Assembly (NCBI GenBank): GCA_025462925.1 | Contig: JAOAPL010000108.1 | Span: 1 to 49,052, forward strand | Source of the DNA: Acidobacteriaceae bacterium | GTDB taxonomy: Bacteria > Acidobacteriota > Terriglobia > Terriglobales > Acidobacteriaceae | Length of the DNA stretch: 49,052 nucleotides | Direction of reading: 5' to 3' | In this document: piece after piece, positions 1 to 8,805 of the stretch | How the letters are laid out: every line of letters starts with the position of its first letter | Numbering within the stretch: the stretch's first letter is position 1 | The notes under the pieces: generated by a model | Told to the model about the DNA's origin: nothing | Database searches by the model: none | What the model saw: the letters and a program-made list of their open reading frames with translations, nothing else | Position numbers and translations under genes: made by a program

Positions 1-636
1 GGATTGATTGAGGAAGTCGGCAGCGTTCGCAGCATCACCGCTCAGAACGGGACGCAGCGCATCGTCATCACCGCCGCGCAAGTCACGCGCGAATTAAAGA
101 CCGGCGACAGCGTTTCCGTCAGCGGAGTCTGCCTCACAGCCCTGAATATCACTCCAGATTCATTTGCCGCTGACCTTGCTGCGGAGACAGTTGCGCGCAC
201 CTCCCTATCCAGGCTCGCTTCCGGTTCCCTCGTCAATCTGGAACTCCCAACAAAAGCCGGCAGCCGACTGGGAGGACACGTGGTTCAAGGACACGTGGAC
301 GGCGTCGGCAAGCTAGTGTCACTTGCCCGCGTTCACGGCGGCGATGATTGGGAACTGATTGTCGAATTGCCTACTGAATTGGACAGGTATGTCGTTCACA
401 AAGGATCGATTTCTATCGAGGGCATCTCGTTAACTGTTGCGAGGATTCAAGGGAATCGAATCAGCGTGGCAGTGATTCCGCATACATACGACGCCACAAA
501 CCTGAATTCGCTCAAGCCTGGCGACCCCGTCAACATCGAGCTAGACGTCCTCGCCAAATATGCGGAAAAGATTGCGCTTGGCAAAAGTGAGGACAGAAAC
601 ATCACCGTCGAGCGATTGCTGCGGGAAGGATTCTAA
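1..636 (+). CDS. ribE: riboflavin synthase alpha chain, 5' end cut by window edge
   Basis: The frame is open from base 1. GLIEEVGSV matches the conserved GIIEEVG N-terminus, so only a few residues are missing. Two lumazine-binding repeats are present (GDSVSVSGVCLT and GSISIEGISLTV). TAA at 634-636. Confidence 0.9.
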   Translation, partial: GLIEEVGSVRSITAQNGTQRIVITAAQVTRELKTGDSVSVSGVCLTALNITPDSFAADLAAETVARTSLSRLASGSLVNLELPTKAGSRLGGHVVQGHVDGVGKLVSLARVHGGDDWELIVELPTELDRYVVHKGSISIEGISLTVARIQGNRISVAVIPHTYDATNLNSLKPGDPVNIELDVLAKYAEKIALGKSEDRNITVERLLREGF

Positions 637-1451
637 GCCGGAGGCGGGGACGCCGACTCGCCCGGCAAGTCGCACGGCGGAAGCGTGAGCATATCCAGTT
701 CCAGAAATTCCCTGATGATGGGATGGTCAGACTCTTCCATTTCCGGCATCGTCCCGAAGAAAATTGCCTTTCCCTCATGCAGAAAGACCACCCGGTCGGC
801 GAGCTTCTGGGCAAATCGCATATCATGCGTAACCACAATGCTGGTCAGTTTGAGCTGATGTTTCAGTTTTTGGATCAGGTCGCCCAAAAGATTAGCCATG
901 AGCGGATCCACCATTGTTGTGGGCTCGTCGTACAGGATCGCTTCCGGCTGCGCGGCAAGAGCGCGCGCGATTGCAACCGAGCGTTTCATTCCCGTTGAGA
1001 GATCAGACGGCAACAGGTCGCGCATGGCTTTCACTCCCACCATGTCCAGCAATCCATCGACTACCTGAAATATCTGTGCTTCATCGAGGTCGCGCCGTTC
1101 GCGCAGGGGAAACGCCACGTTTTCACCGACGGTCAACGAATCAAAGAGCGCTCCATTCTGGAAGACCATCGTGACTTTTTTCCTGATCCGCTCCATCTCC
1201 AATTCGGAATAATCCGTGACGTCTTCGTAAGCCACTATCACACGGCCGGAATCAGGCTTAAGAAATCCCATGATAGTTTGCAATGACACTGATTTGCCAA
1301 CGCCGCTGCGGCCCAGTATGCAAAGCGTCTCGCCAGGAAACACGTAGAAGCTCACGTGATCCAGAACGTGATTACTGCCGAAGGCCTTCGATACATCCTC
1401 GAACTCGATGTAATGCTTCTTCTCGCTGTGATTATTGTCCTGTTGGCTCAT
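633..1451 (-). CDS. ABC transporter ATP-binding protein, MlaF/Mkl-like, no cognate permease adjacent
   Basis: 272-aa ORF with ATG at 1451. Walker A GRSGVGKS, signature-like LSTGMKRSVAIARAL, Walker B ILYDEPTT, H-loop VVTHD. Confidence 0.8.
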   Translation of the reverse strand: MSQQDNNHSEKKHYIEFEDVSKAFGSNHVLDHVSFYVFPGETLCILGRSGVGKSVSLQTIMGFLKPDSGRVIVAYEDVTDYSELEMERIRKKVTMVFQNGALFDSLTVGENVAFPLRERRDLDEAQIFQVVDGLLDMVGVKAMRDLLPSDLSTGMKRSVAIARALAAQPEAILYDEPTTMVDPLMANLLGDLIQKLKHQLKLTSIVVTHDMRFAQKLADRVVFLHEGKAIFFGTMPEMEESDHPIIREFLELDMLTLPPCDLPGESASPPPA

Positions 1452-1453
1452 GA

Positions 1454-2074
1454 TTAATTCTTGGCGCGCGTTTTCGGGGACACCCGTTTAGATGCAGCTT
1501 CATAATCATCCGGCGAATTGATGTTGTCAAACATGTTGGGATCGAAGCCATGCTTCTTCACATCGTCAGCATTGAAGTCGATAACAGAAGCTATTTCCGG
1601 CGAAAACAATGCGTCTATCTTATACTTCCCGTACTTGAGAGCTTTCTCGGCTAAAGGCAAGAACCCCTGCCGATAAACAGCGCAAAGCGGCTGCAGTCCG
1701 GTCTTTGCCTTCGGCACAGTGACCAGCGCTGCGTTCCGTTTCGCCTCACCGATCACAAAAGAAATGAACTCCTGATCCACAAATGGCATATCGATGGGAA
1801 GAATTACATTCAACTCAGTCCGGCTCCGGTTCAACGCGGCATGAATCCCGCCCAGCGGCCCGCAGTCTGGATAAGTGTCTTCAACCACTCTGCCGTACGA
1901 AGAAAATTTCTCTTTCGGACCCACAATGAAGACGTCATCAGCCACCGATTTCGCCTTCTGAATCATGAGGTCGATCAGCGTTTTCCCGTTCAGTAAGAGA
2001 AAGGCCTTATCTTTACCCGGGCCCATTCGGGTACTCTTGCCACCGGCGATGATGAAAGCGCTGATCTCGGACAC
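1454..2074 (-). CDS. mobA: molybdenum cofactor guanylyltransferase
   Basis: 206 aa. IIAGGKSTRMG..DKAFL nucleotide-binding motif and GPLGGIHAAL motif, both typical of MobA. The stop lies 2 nt before the ATG of the downstream ABC ATPase. Confidence 0.75.
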   Translation of the reverse strand: MSEISAFIIAGGKSTRMGPGKDKAFLLLNGKTLIDLMIQKAKSVADDVFIVGPKEKFSSYGRVVEDTYPDCGPLGGIHAALNRSRTELNVILPIDMPFVDQEFISFVIGEAKRNAALVTVPKAKTGLQPLCAVYRQGFLPLAEKALKYGKYKIDALFSPEIASVIDFNADDVKKHGFDPNMFDNINSPDDYEAASKRVSPKTRAKN

Positions 2075-2134
2075 ACGATTCTTCTACCACAAACGTCCGG
2101 GTATCGTTACAGTTATCTGGGTCGCGCAAATGCT

Positions 2135-3265
2135 GTGATAACATTTGCCGAACTTTCCCTCCCAGAGAAAGACGAGAAGACCAGCCTACTTTCTATGGAA
2201 CTACGACGGCGGATCATTCATGCAGCTTTACTGCTAGTGGTCTTGATCTCGTTCAGCATCTTTGGGTACCGCACATTGGGCGGGCCATCCGTTACTTTCC
2301 TGCAGGCGCTGTACATGGCCGTGATCACGCTGGCCGGCGTCGGGTATGGCGAGATCGTGGATACCAGCCATCTGCCTGCGCTGCGGATATTCAATATATT
2401 CATTGTTGTTTTTGGAGTAATGATCACGGCTTATGTATTTTCGTCAGTCACCGCCTTCCTCGTGGAAGGCGATTATTCTGACATCTTCCGGAGACGCAAG
2501 ATGCTAAAGCAAATCAGCCAGCTCAAGAACCATTACATCGTCTGCGGTCTGGGCGATACCGGACGTCATGCCGTGGCCGAACTGCAAAAGACCGGCACGC
2601 CTTACGTCGTGATCGAGCACAATGAAGAAAGCATCAAGCGGCTTCGCGAACACGGTGGCGGTGAATATAAGGACATGATGTTCGTTCTGGGAGACGCTAC
2701 CGATGAAGAAATTCTGGAACAAGCCGGCGTCGGACGAGCTATTGGCCTCTTAACCACGCTGGCAATGGACAAGGAGAACCTGGTCATCACGGTCATGGTC
2801 CGTCAAAAGAATGCCAAGATCCGCATCGTCACTCGCTGCACTGATCTGAAGTTTTCTGAACGCATGATAAAAGCAGGAGCTAATTCCGTGGTCTCGCCAA
2901 ACCATATCGGAGGCCTGCGCCTCGCCAGCGAAGTACTTCGTCCGCATGTGGTTGGTTTTCTCGATCTCATGCTGAAAGAGCAATCACGCACCTTGCGAAT
3001 CGAGGAGATCATCATTCCGGAGTCGTCGCCCTGGGCGGGTAAATCACTTGGTTCTCTGAACATGAAGAGCCGGTTTAACCTTTTGCCAATGGCGCTGAAA
3101 AATGCTCCAGAGAGTACTCAGCGACTTTGGGTGAATCCGCCAGACAACATCGGACTAAAAGCCGGGGTGGTTATTATCGTGATGGGTGACATCAATGACA
3201 TTCGTCGCGCGCGCCAGGATTCTTCCCATATGGCCGTATTCTCAACTACCCAAGGGCAATCCTAA
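2135..3265 (+). CDS. 2TM potassium-channel-like protein with RCK (TrkA-N/TrkA-C) domains
   Basis: GTG at 2135, alternative ATG at 2195. Two TM helices flank a pore helix and the filter-like LAGVGYGE. Rossmann-type RCK motif IVCGLGDTGRH and a C-terminal TrkA-C-like domain follow. Confidence 0.8.
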   Translation: MITFAELSLPEKDEKTSLLSMELRRRIIHAALLLVVLISFSIFGYRTLGGPSVTFLQALYMAVITLAGVGYGEIVDTSHLPALRIFNIFIVVFGVMITAYVFSSVTAFLVEGDYSDIFRRRKMLKQISQLKNHYIVCGLGDTGRHAVAELQKTGTPYVVIEHNEESIKRLREHGGGEYKDMMFVLGDATDEEILEQAGVGRAIGLLTTLAMDKENLVITVMVRQKNAKIRIVTRCTDLKFSERMIKAGANSVVSPNHIGGLRLASEVLRPHVVGFLDLMLKEQSRTLRIEEIIIPESSPWAGKSLGSLNMKSRFNLLPMALKNAPESTQRLWVNPPDNIGLKAGVVIIVMGDINDIRRARQDSSHMAVFSTTQGQS

Positions 3266-3375
3266 ACACCACCTGAATAGTCTTTTCTTTCAATAACTTG
3301 CGTTTTATGGAGCAGCTCACAATCGGCTGCTCGCATCTAAGAATCAATCGCAATAGTCCCATGCAAGGAGCACCT

Positions 3376-4449
3376 ATGAAACCTAGGAATTTGCCAATCT
3401 GGACACTTACCGCAGCGCTGTTCGTTACTCTCGCACTTGGCTGCAACAAGAACCAGAACGCTTCCGCTCGCGAGGACACTCAAGTCGCCGCGGACGTGCA
3501 AAGCAAGATCAACTCAGATTCCAACGTGCCCAATAAAGCCATCACCGTCAATTCGAATAAGGGGATTGTCACGTTGGCCGGGACTGTCGGCTCAGAGATG
3601 GAGCGCCAAGCCGCTTCAAACGATGCGGCCACCGTGGACGGAGTAAAGACGGTTGTCAATAATCTCGAGGTTGGACAGCAATCTGCAGACAATGCCGCAA
3701 TGCCAGGCACCAATCAGCCCTCAACATCAACGACTGCGAGCGATAGCGGATCTCGCGCGACAACCACGAAGGGCAATCGCATACATACGGCGCCACTGCG
3801 GAGGACGCCATTAAGCAGCACAACTCCGAGTAATATGGCTTCGAACGCCGCGCCCTCAACTTCCTCAGCTCCCGTGGTGCCACAACAAGTGACCATCCCG
3901 GCGGGAACTTCGCTGAGCATTCGAACAATCGATCCCGTTGACTCTGAAAAGGCTCAGGTTGGACAAGTCTTCAGCGCCACGCTCGATTCCCCCGTCGAGG
4001 TCGATGGCCGGATTGTGATCCCAGCCAATGCTGACGTGCAAGGCAAAGTGGTCGATGTAAAGAGCGCCGGAAAATTTCAGGGCGCATCGCTCCTCACGCT
4101 GGATTTGACCAAGGTGTCGTTCAACGGAAAGTCATATAGCATCAACACCGATCAATGGAGCAAGACGGGAACCTCTCGCGGCAAAAACACGGCTGCGAAG
4201 GTTGGCGGCGGGGCGGCGCTTGGCGCGATCATTGGCGCAATTGCTGGAGGCGGTAAGGGTGCTGCGATCGGCGCAGGTGTAGGCGCAGGAGTCGGAACCG
4301 GAGCGCAAGCCGTGACACATGGCCAGCAAATAGTGGTGCAGCCTGAGACCTTGCTCGCATTCACGTTGAGGAGCCCAGTCACTGTGACTCCATCATCAAC
4401 CTCTCGCAATCCGAACCGGACAAGGCTGGGCGCTGGCGACAACCAGTAG
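3376..4449 (+). CDS. BON-domain lipoprotein with C-terminal glycine-zipper domain
   Basis: AAGGAG lies 5 nt upstream of ATG 3376, so the longer ORF from 3298 is rejected. Signal peptide plus lipobox LALGC. BON domain (ITVNSNKGIVTLAGTVGSEMERQAASNDAATVDGVKTVVNNLEV). S/T/P-rich linker. C-terminal beta-rich domain ending in GGGAALGAIIGAIAGGGKGAAIGAGVGAGVG. Confidence 0.7.
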   Translation: MKPRNLPIWTLTAALFVTLALGCNKNQNASAREDTQVAADVQSKINSDSNVPNKAITVNSNKGIVTLAGTVGSEMERQAASNDAATVDGVKTVVNNLEVGQQSADNAAMPGTNQPSTSTTASDSGSRATTTKGNRIHTAPLRRTPLSSTTPSNMASNAAPSTSSAPVVPQQVTIPAGTSLSIRTIDPVDSEKAQVGQVFSATLDSPVEVDGRIVIPANADVQGKVVDVKSAGKFQGASLLTLDLTKVSFNGKSYSINTDQWSKTGTSRGKNTAAKVGGGAALGAIIGAIAGGGKGAAIGAGVGAGVGTGAQAVTHGQQIVVQPETLLAFTLRSPVTVTPSSTSRNPNRTRLGAGDNQ

Positions 4450-4481
4450 GCAACAAGCAGTATCAGTGCCACAAATGACTT

Positions 4482-4508
4482 GGGCGCAGAGTTCCTGTGC
4501 CCTTTTTT
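4482..4508 (+). terminator. rho-independent terminator after the BON lipoprotein gene
   Basis: 7-bp stem GGGCGCA/TGTGCCC (one G-U pair), 7-nt loop, followed by TTTTTT at 4503-4508. Confidence 0.6.
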
Positions 4509-4610
4509 CATTTGCGCACATCGAACAGTTATTGCCAGGGTTCTATCCAGTGTCTTTTGCCTGTTCATAGAGGCAGGGATGCTAGACTCATTCTTCACAA
4601 ATTGACGACT

Positions 4611-6944
4611 GTGCGAATTCTCACCCGATATGTTTTGAAAGAAGTGGTGTCGCATGCGGCGCTTGGCGCCGCGGTGTTCACGTTCGTCATATTCATGAAG
4701 AACCTGGGAACAATTCTGGAATTGATCGTCCGGAACAGCGCTCCCCTTCCAAGCGTCGCGGAACTCTTTTTCTTGACCCTGCCTACGGCACTCATTTACA
4801 CGCTGCCTATGGCAGTGCTGGTGGGGATTCTCATCGGCCTGAGCAGGCTCGCTTCCGACAGTGAAGTCACGGCCATGCGTGCAAGCGGGCTTGGCGCAGG
4901 AACTTTCGTCAGCATGATCTCGGTATTTGCCGTTGCAGTCTGGCTGCTCGCGCTAACGAATAGCGTCATCGTCGCGCCCCGCTCTGCCGCGGCACTGGTC
5001 CGACTGCAAGATTCGCTGAAGAACTCGCAAGCGTCATTTGCCGTGCAGCCGCGCGTTTTTTATGAGAACTTCCCCAATTACGTCCTCTACGTGCAGGATG
5101 TGAAGTCTTCCAGCAGCGCGGCCCTGTGGAGCAACGTTTTTCTTGCTGACATCCGCAATCCGGCGGCCCCGAAGATCACCATCGCCGAACGCGCGATAGT
5201 GGTAAATGAGGATCACAACACGATCCGCCTGCACCTCATGAACGGGTCCCAGCATGAGAGTTCGCCGCGTTCGCCCGAGCAATACAACATAACCACCTTT
5301 GCTGAAACTGACATTCCCATTGAGATCCCGATGGCCGACTCACAAAAGCAACGGGAACCGCCAGCGGCAGAGATGCTCACCACAGAGCTTTTGCGCAAAT
5401 CCAACAATGGCGGCGCCGACAAGGGGCGCGATCTCTGGTATTTGACTGAGTTCCATCGCCGGCTAGCTTTGCCTACGGCCTGCCTCGTGTTGGCTCTGGT
5501 TGGTATCCCGCTCGGGTTGTCGTCAAAGAAGGGCGGCAAGTCCACGGGATTTGTGCTGACCATAGTCCTGGTTTTCATTTACTACTTCATCCTCGCCGCT
5601 GGAGTAGCGTTATCTCGCCAAGGCAAGGTCCCGCCCGCGCTAGGCGTGTGGATGGCAAATTTCGTGTCAGCCATTACCGGACTGGTGCTGTTGCGCAGAG
5701 TTGATTATTCGTCGCTCGAAGTAGGCACACCCATTGCTTCGTTCAAAGCTTGGATCATTGGGATGCTCAATCCGACTTCACCAGCGCCAGTGGAGCGCGA
5801 AGAACGCCGAGCTGCGATTCGCATTCAGCGATCGCCGAGAGGCCCTAATCGCTTCCCGCTGATCCTGGACAACTACATCCTTCGGACGTTTCTTTCGTAT
5901 TTGGGCCTGGTGCTTGCATCATTCATCGTCCTGACACTTGTCTTCACCTTCTTCGAGTTGCTGGGCGACATCATTCGCAACCGCGTGCCACTCGTCACGG
6001 TTTTTGCCTATTTGTTGAATGTGACGCCGTCAATGATTTACATCATGACGCCGTTGAGCGTCCTTATTGCGGTGCTCGTCACTTTCGGACTGATGCAGAA
6101 GTCAAACGAGCTCACAGCAATGAAGGCAACGGGGATCAGTATCTATCGCGCTATTATCCCCGTGCTGATGATCGCTGCTGGAATATCGGTCGCGCTGTTT
6201 TTCTTTGATCAGTTCTATCTCCCTTACGCCAATACCCGCCAAGAGGCCATCCGCAACAGCATTAAGGGAAAGCCTCCTCAGACTTTTCTGCGGCCAGATC
6301 GCAAGTGGATCTTCGGGGAGAAGGACGTCATCTACTATTATCAGCACTTTGATGCCGACCAAAACGAGTTCGCGAACATCTCCGCTTTCCAGTTCGATCC
6401 AACAACTTTTTCCATCACGCGCAGGGTGTATGCAACCCGTGCGCATTGGGTTAACGATTTGAATAAATGGGTCTTCGAGCAAGGGTGGTCTAGAAGGTTT
6501 AATGGCGCCGTGGTGGAAAACTATCGGCAATTCGATGTAACGACCTTTGCCGAATTTTCTGAAGTTCCGAACTACTTCAAGAAAGAAGTTAAGCAGTCGT
6601 CTGAGATGAATTATTCGGAATTGCGAGTCTACATCCAAGATCTGCAACAGAGCGGCTTTGATGTGATTCGGTTGCGTGTGCAACTCCAGAAGAAACTGGC
6701 ATATCCGTTGATCGCGCTTGTTATGGCGATTTTGGCTGTGCCCTTTTCTCTTTCTGCGGGAAAACGCGGCGCGCTCACCGGTGTGGCCGTGGCCTTGGGC
6801 ATCGCAGTGATTTATCTGGTGACATCGAATTTCTTTGAAGCACTTGGCAACGTGAATCAGTTACCGTCTGCCTTGGCAGCATGGGCGCCGGACTTGCTCT
6901 TCGGATTAGCCGGTGGCTACCTCATCTTCAAAGTCCCAACCTAG
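4611..6944 (+). CDS. fused LptF-LptG lipopolysaccharide export permease (two YjgP/YjgQ modules in one ORF)
   Basis: GTG 4611 gives (M)RILTRYVLKEV, a typical LptF N-terminus; the extension from 4497 is rejected. A second module starts at PLILDNYILRTFLSYLG. Each half has an N-terminal TM bundle, a periplasmic beta-jellyroll-sized insert and C-terminal TMs. Confidence 0.75.
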   Translation: MRILTRYVLKEVVSHAALGAAVFTFVIFMKNLGTILELIVRNSAPLPSVAELFFLTLPTALIYTLPMAVLVGILIGLSRLASDSEVTAMRASGLGAGTFVSMISVFAVAVWLLALTNSVIVAPRSAAALVRLQDSLKNSQASFAVQPRVFYENFPNYVLYVQDVKSSSSAALWSNVFLADIRNPAAPKITIAERAIVVNEDHNTIRLHLMNGSQHESSPRSPEQYNITTFAETDIPIEIPMADSQKQREPPAAEMLTTELLRKSNNGGADKGRDLWYLTEFHRRLALPTACLVLALVGIPLGLSSKKGGKSTGFVLTIVLVFIYYFILAAGVALSRQGKVPPALGVWMANFVSAITGLVLLRRVDYSSLEVGTPIASFKAWIIGMLNPTSPAPVEREERRAAIRIQRSPRGPNRFPLILDNYILRTFLSYLGLVLASFIVLTLVFTFFELLGDIIRNRVPLVTVFAYLLNVTPSMIYIMTPLSVLIAVLVTFGLMQKSNELTAMKATGISIYRAIIPVLMIAAGISVALFFFDQFYLPYANTRQEAIRNSIKGKPPQTFLRPDRKWIFGEKDVIYYYQHFDADQNEFANISAFQFDPTTFSITRRVYATRAHWVNDLNKWVFEQGWSRRFNGAVVENYRQFDVTTFAEFSEVPNYFKKEVKQSSEMNYSELRVYIQDLQQSGFDVIRLRVQLQKKLAYPLIALVMAILAVPFSLSAGKRGALTGVAVALGIAVIYLVTSNFFEALGNVNQLPSALAAWAPDLLFGLAGGYLIFKVPT

Positions 6945-6999
6945 ACTCTCTCCGAAGAAAACTGCACCTGCGCATTTCAGCTATCATCTAATCAGATTC

Positions 7000-8793
7000 A
7001 TGCTGAAACGTCTAAAGCCCCTGGCTCCCTATTTGTGGAAGTATAGGTCTCCTTTCTTTTTCGGCGGGCTCTCTGTATTGCTCACCAACGGGATCTGGAT
7101 ACTATTTCCGCAGGTGATCCGCCGTGCCGTTGACGACCTCAACTCCGGAGTTACCCGACATAAGCTCATCGTTTATTCGATGGCCATTCTTGCTGTCGCA
7201 CTCGCAAAGGGAGTTTTCCAGTTCCTGACCCGATGGATCCTGATCGGCATCTCGCGCGATATCGAATTCGACTTGCGTAACGACCTCTTTACCCATCTGG
7301 AATCACTCTCTTACGATTACTATCAGCGCACTCGCACCGGCGACATCATGGCACGCACAACCAACGATTTGAACGCCGTGCGCCAGATGATCGGCCCAGC
7401 GATCATGTACTCAGCGAACACCGTAGTCTTCACTGCGGGCGCTCTCGCATTCATGATGGCCATCAGCCCAAAACTCACTGTCTACGCGTTTCTTCCGCTG
7501 CCGCTGGTCAGTATCCTCATACAATATTTTGGCCGCCGGATCCACGAGCGGTTTGAGCGCATCCAGGCCATGTTCTCTGACATCTCTGCCAGGGCGCAGG
7601 AGAATTTTTCCGGCGCGCGGGTCATCCGCGCTTACGTGCAGGAGTCTGCCGAAGCGGCCTCATTCGAGACTTCGAATCGCGAATACATCGCCCGCAGTCT
7701 CAAACTAGTCCAGCTCATGGGTATGCTCTTCCCGACGCTGCAAACGCTTTTGGGGTTCGCTATTGTTCTTTTGCTTTGGCTGGGCGGACGAGAGGTGCTG
7801 CTCGGCCATATCACACCGGGTGATTTTGTCGCGTTCAACTTCTACATGGTCCAACTCACCTGGCCCATCATCGCGCTTGGTTGGGTCATCAACATTTACC
7901 AGCGCGGAACGGCTTCCATGGGACGCATCAATGAGATTATTCTGGAAAGGCCGACCATCGCTGACACCGCAGTCTCCCCTGACTTGAGCGGCACTGAGGT
8001 GGAGGTACGCGGTGAGATCGAACTCCGCAATCTCAATTTCGGCTTCAACGATGCGGGAGCATCGGCTTCTTCAAACGGCGGAGGGACGGACAATCGCGTC
8101 TTGAAGAACATCAACTTGATTATTCCGGCCGGATCCAGCCTCGCTATCGTCGGCCCGACGGGTTCGGGAAAGACATCGCTGGTGAACCTAATACCGCGCA
8201 TTTATGACGCGCCCTCGCGGGGGAGCCTGCTGATCGATGGCCGACCCATCACCGATTATCCTCTCGCGACATTACGCCGCAATATCGGTTTTGTTCCGCA
8301 AGAAACTTTTCTCTTCAGTGACACCATTCGCCAGAACATTTCATTCGGAGTTGAGCACGCCTCCGACGCTGAAGTCCGCGCAGCCGCTGAAGGAGCGAGC
8401 ATCGCAAATGACATTGAAGATTTTCCCGACAAGTACGACACCGTGGTCGGAGAGCGCGGTATCACGCTAAGCGGCGGACAAAAGCAGCGCACCGCGATTG
8501 CTCGTGCCATCATTCGCAATCCGCGCATTCTGGTCCTTGATGACGCCCTCGCCAGCGTCGATACCTACACCGAAGAAAAGATCCTCAACCATTTGCGCGA
8601 AGTCATGCATGGACGAACCACGATCTTGATCTCGCATCGAGTGTCCACGGTCCGGAATGCCGACCGCATTGCCGTGCTTCACGGCGGCGAGATCGTCGAA
8701 TACGGCACTCACGATCACTTGATTGAACGTGAGGGCTACTACACAGATCTATATAACAAACAATTGTTGGAAGAAGAATTGGCGCGAGTATAA
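7000..8793 (+). CDS. ABC exporter, fused permease/ATPase (MsbA-like half transporter)
   Basis: ATG 7000 (MLKRLKPLAPYLWKY). Six-TM exporter domain, then an NBD with Walker A GPTGSGKTS, signature LSGGQKQR, Walker B ILVLDDALS and H-loop LISHR. Confidence 0.85.
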   Translation: MLKRLKPLAPYLWKYRSPFFFGGLSVLLTNGIWILFPQVIRRAVDDLNSGVTRHKLIVYSMAILAVALAKGVFQFLTRWILIGISRDIEFDLRNDLFTHLESLSYDYYQRTRTGDIMARTTNDLNAVRQMIGPAIMYSANTVVFTAGALAFMMAISPKLTVYAFLPLPLVSILIQYFGRRIHERFERIQAMFSDISARAQENFSGARVIRAYVQESAEAASFETSNREYIARSLKLVQLMGMLFPTLQTLLGFAIVLLLWLGGREVLLGHITPGDFVAFNFYMVQLTWPIIALGWVINIYQRGTASMGRINEIILERPTIADTAVSPDLSGTEVEVRGEIELRNLNFGFNDAGASASSNGGGTDNRVLKNINLIIPAGSSLAIVGPTGSGKTSLVNLIPRIYDAPSRGSLLIDGRPITDYPLATLRRNIGFVPQETFLFSDTIRQNISFGVEHASDAEVRAAAEGASIANDIEDFPDKYDTVVGERGITLSGGQKQRTAIARAIIRNPRILVLDDALASVDTYTEEKILNHLREVMHGRTTILISHRVSTVRNADRIAVLHGGEIVEYGTHDHLIEREGYYTDLYNKQLLEEELARV

Positions 8794-8805
8794 AACTGAT
8801 TTTGC

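Noticed and set aside
4497-4610. N-terminal extensions offered by the ORF track (4497, 6913, 3298, 19648, 31282, 32898, 32591, 34772, 45903, 41479, 38988)
   Set aside because: In each case an internal start fits better. The internal starts have an SD sequence, a stop/start overlap, or a canonical family N-terminus or signal peptide. The extensions overlap neighbouring genes or promoters and look non-protein-like.
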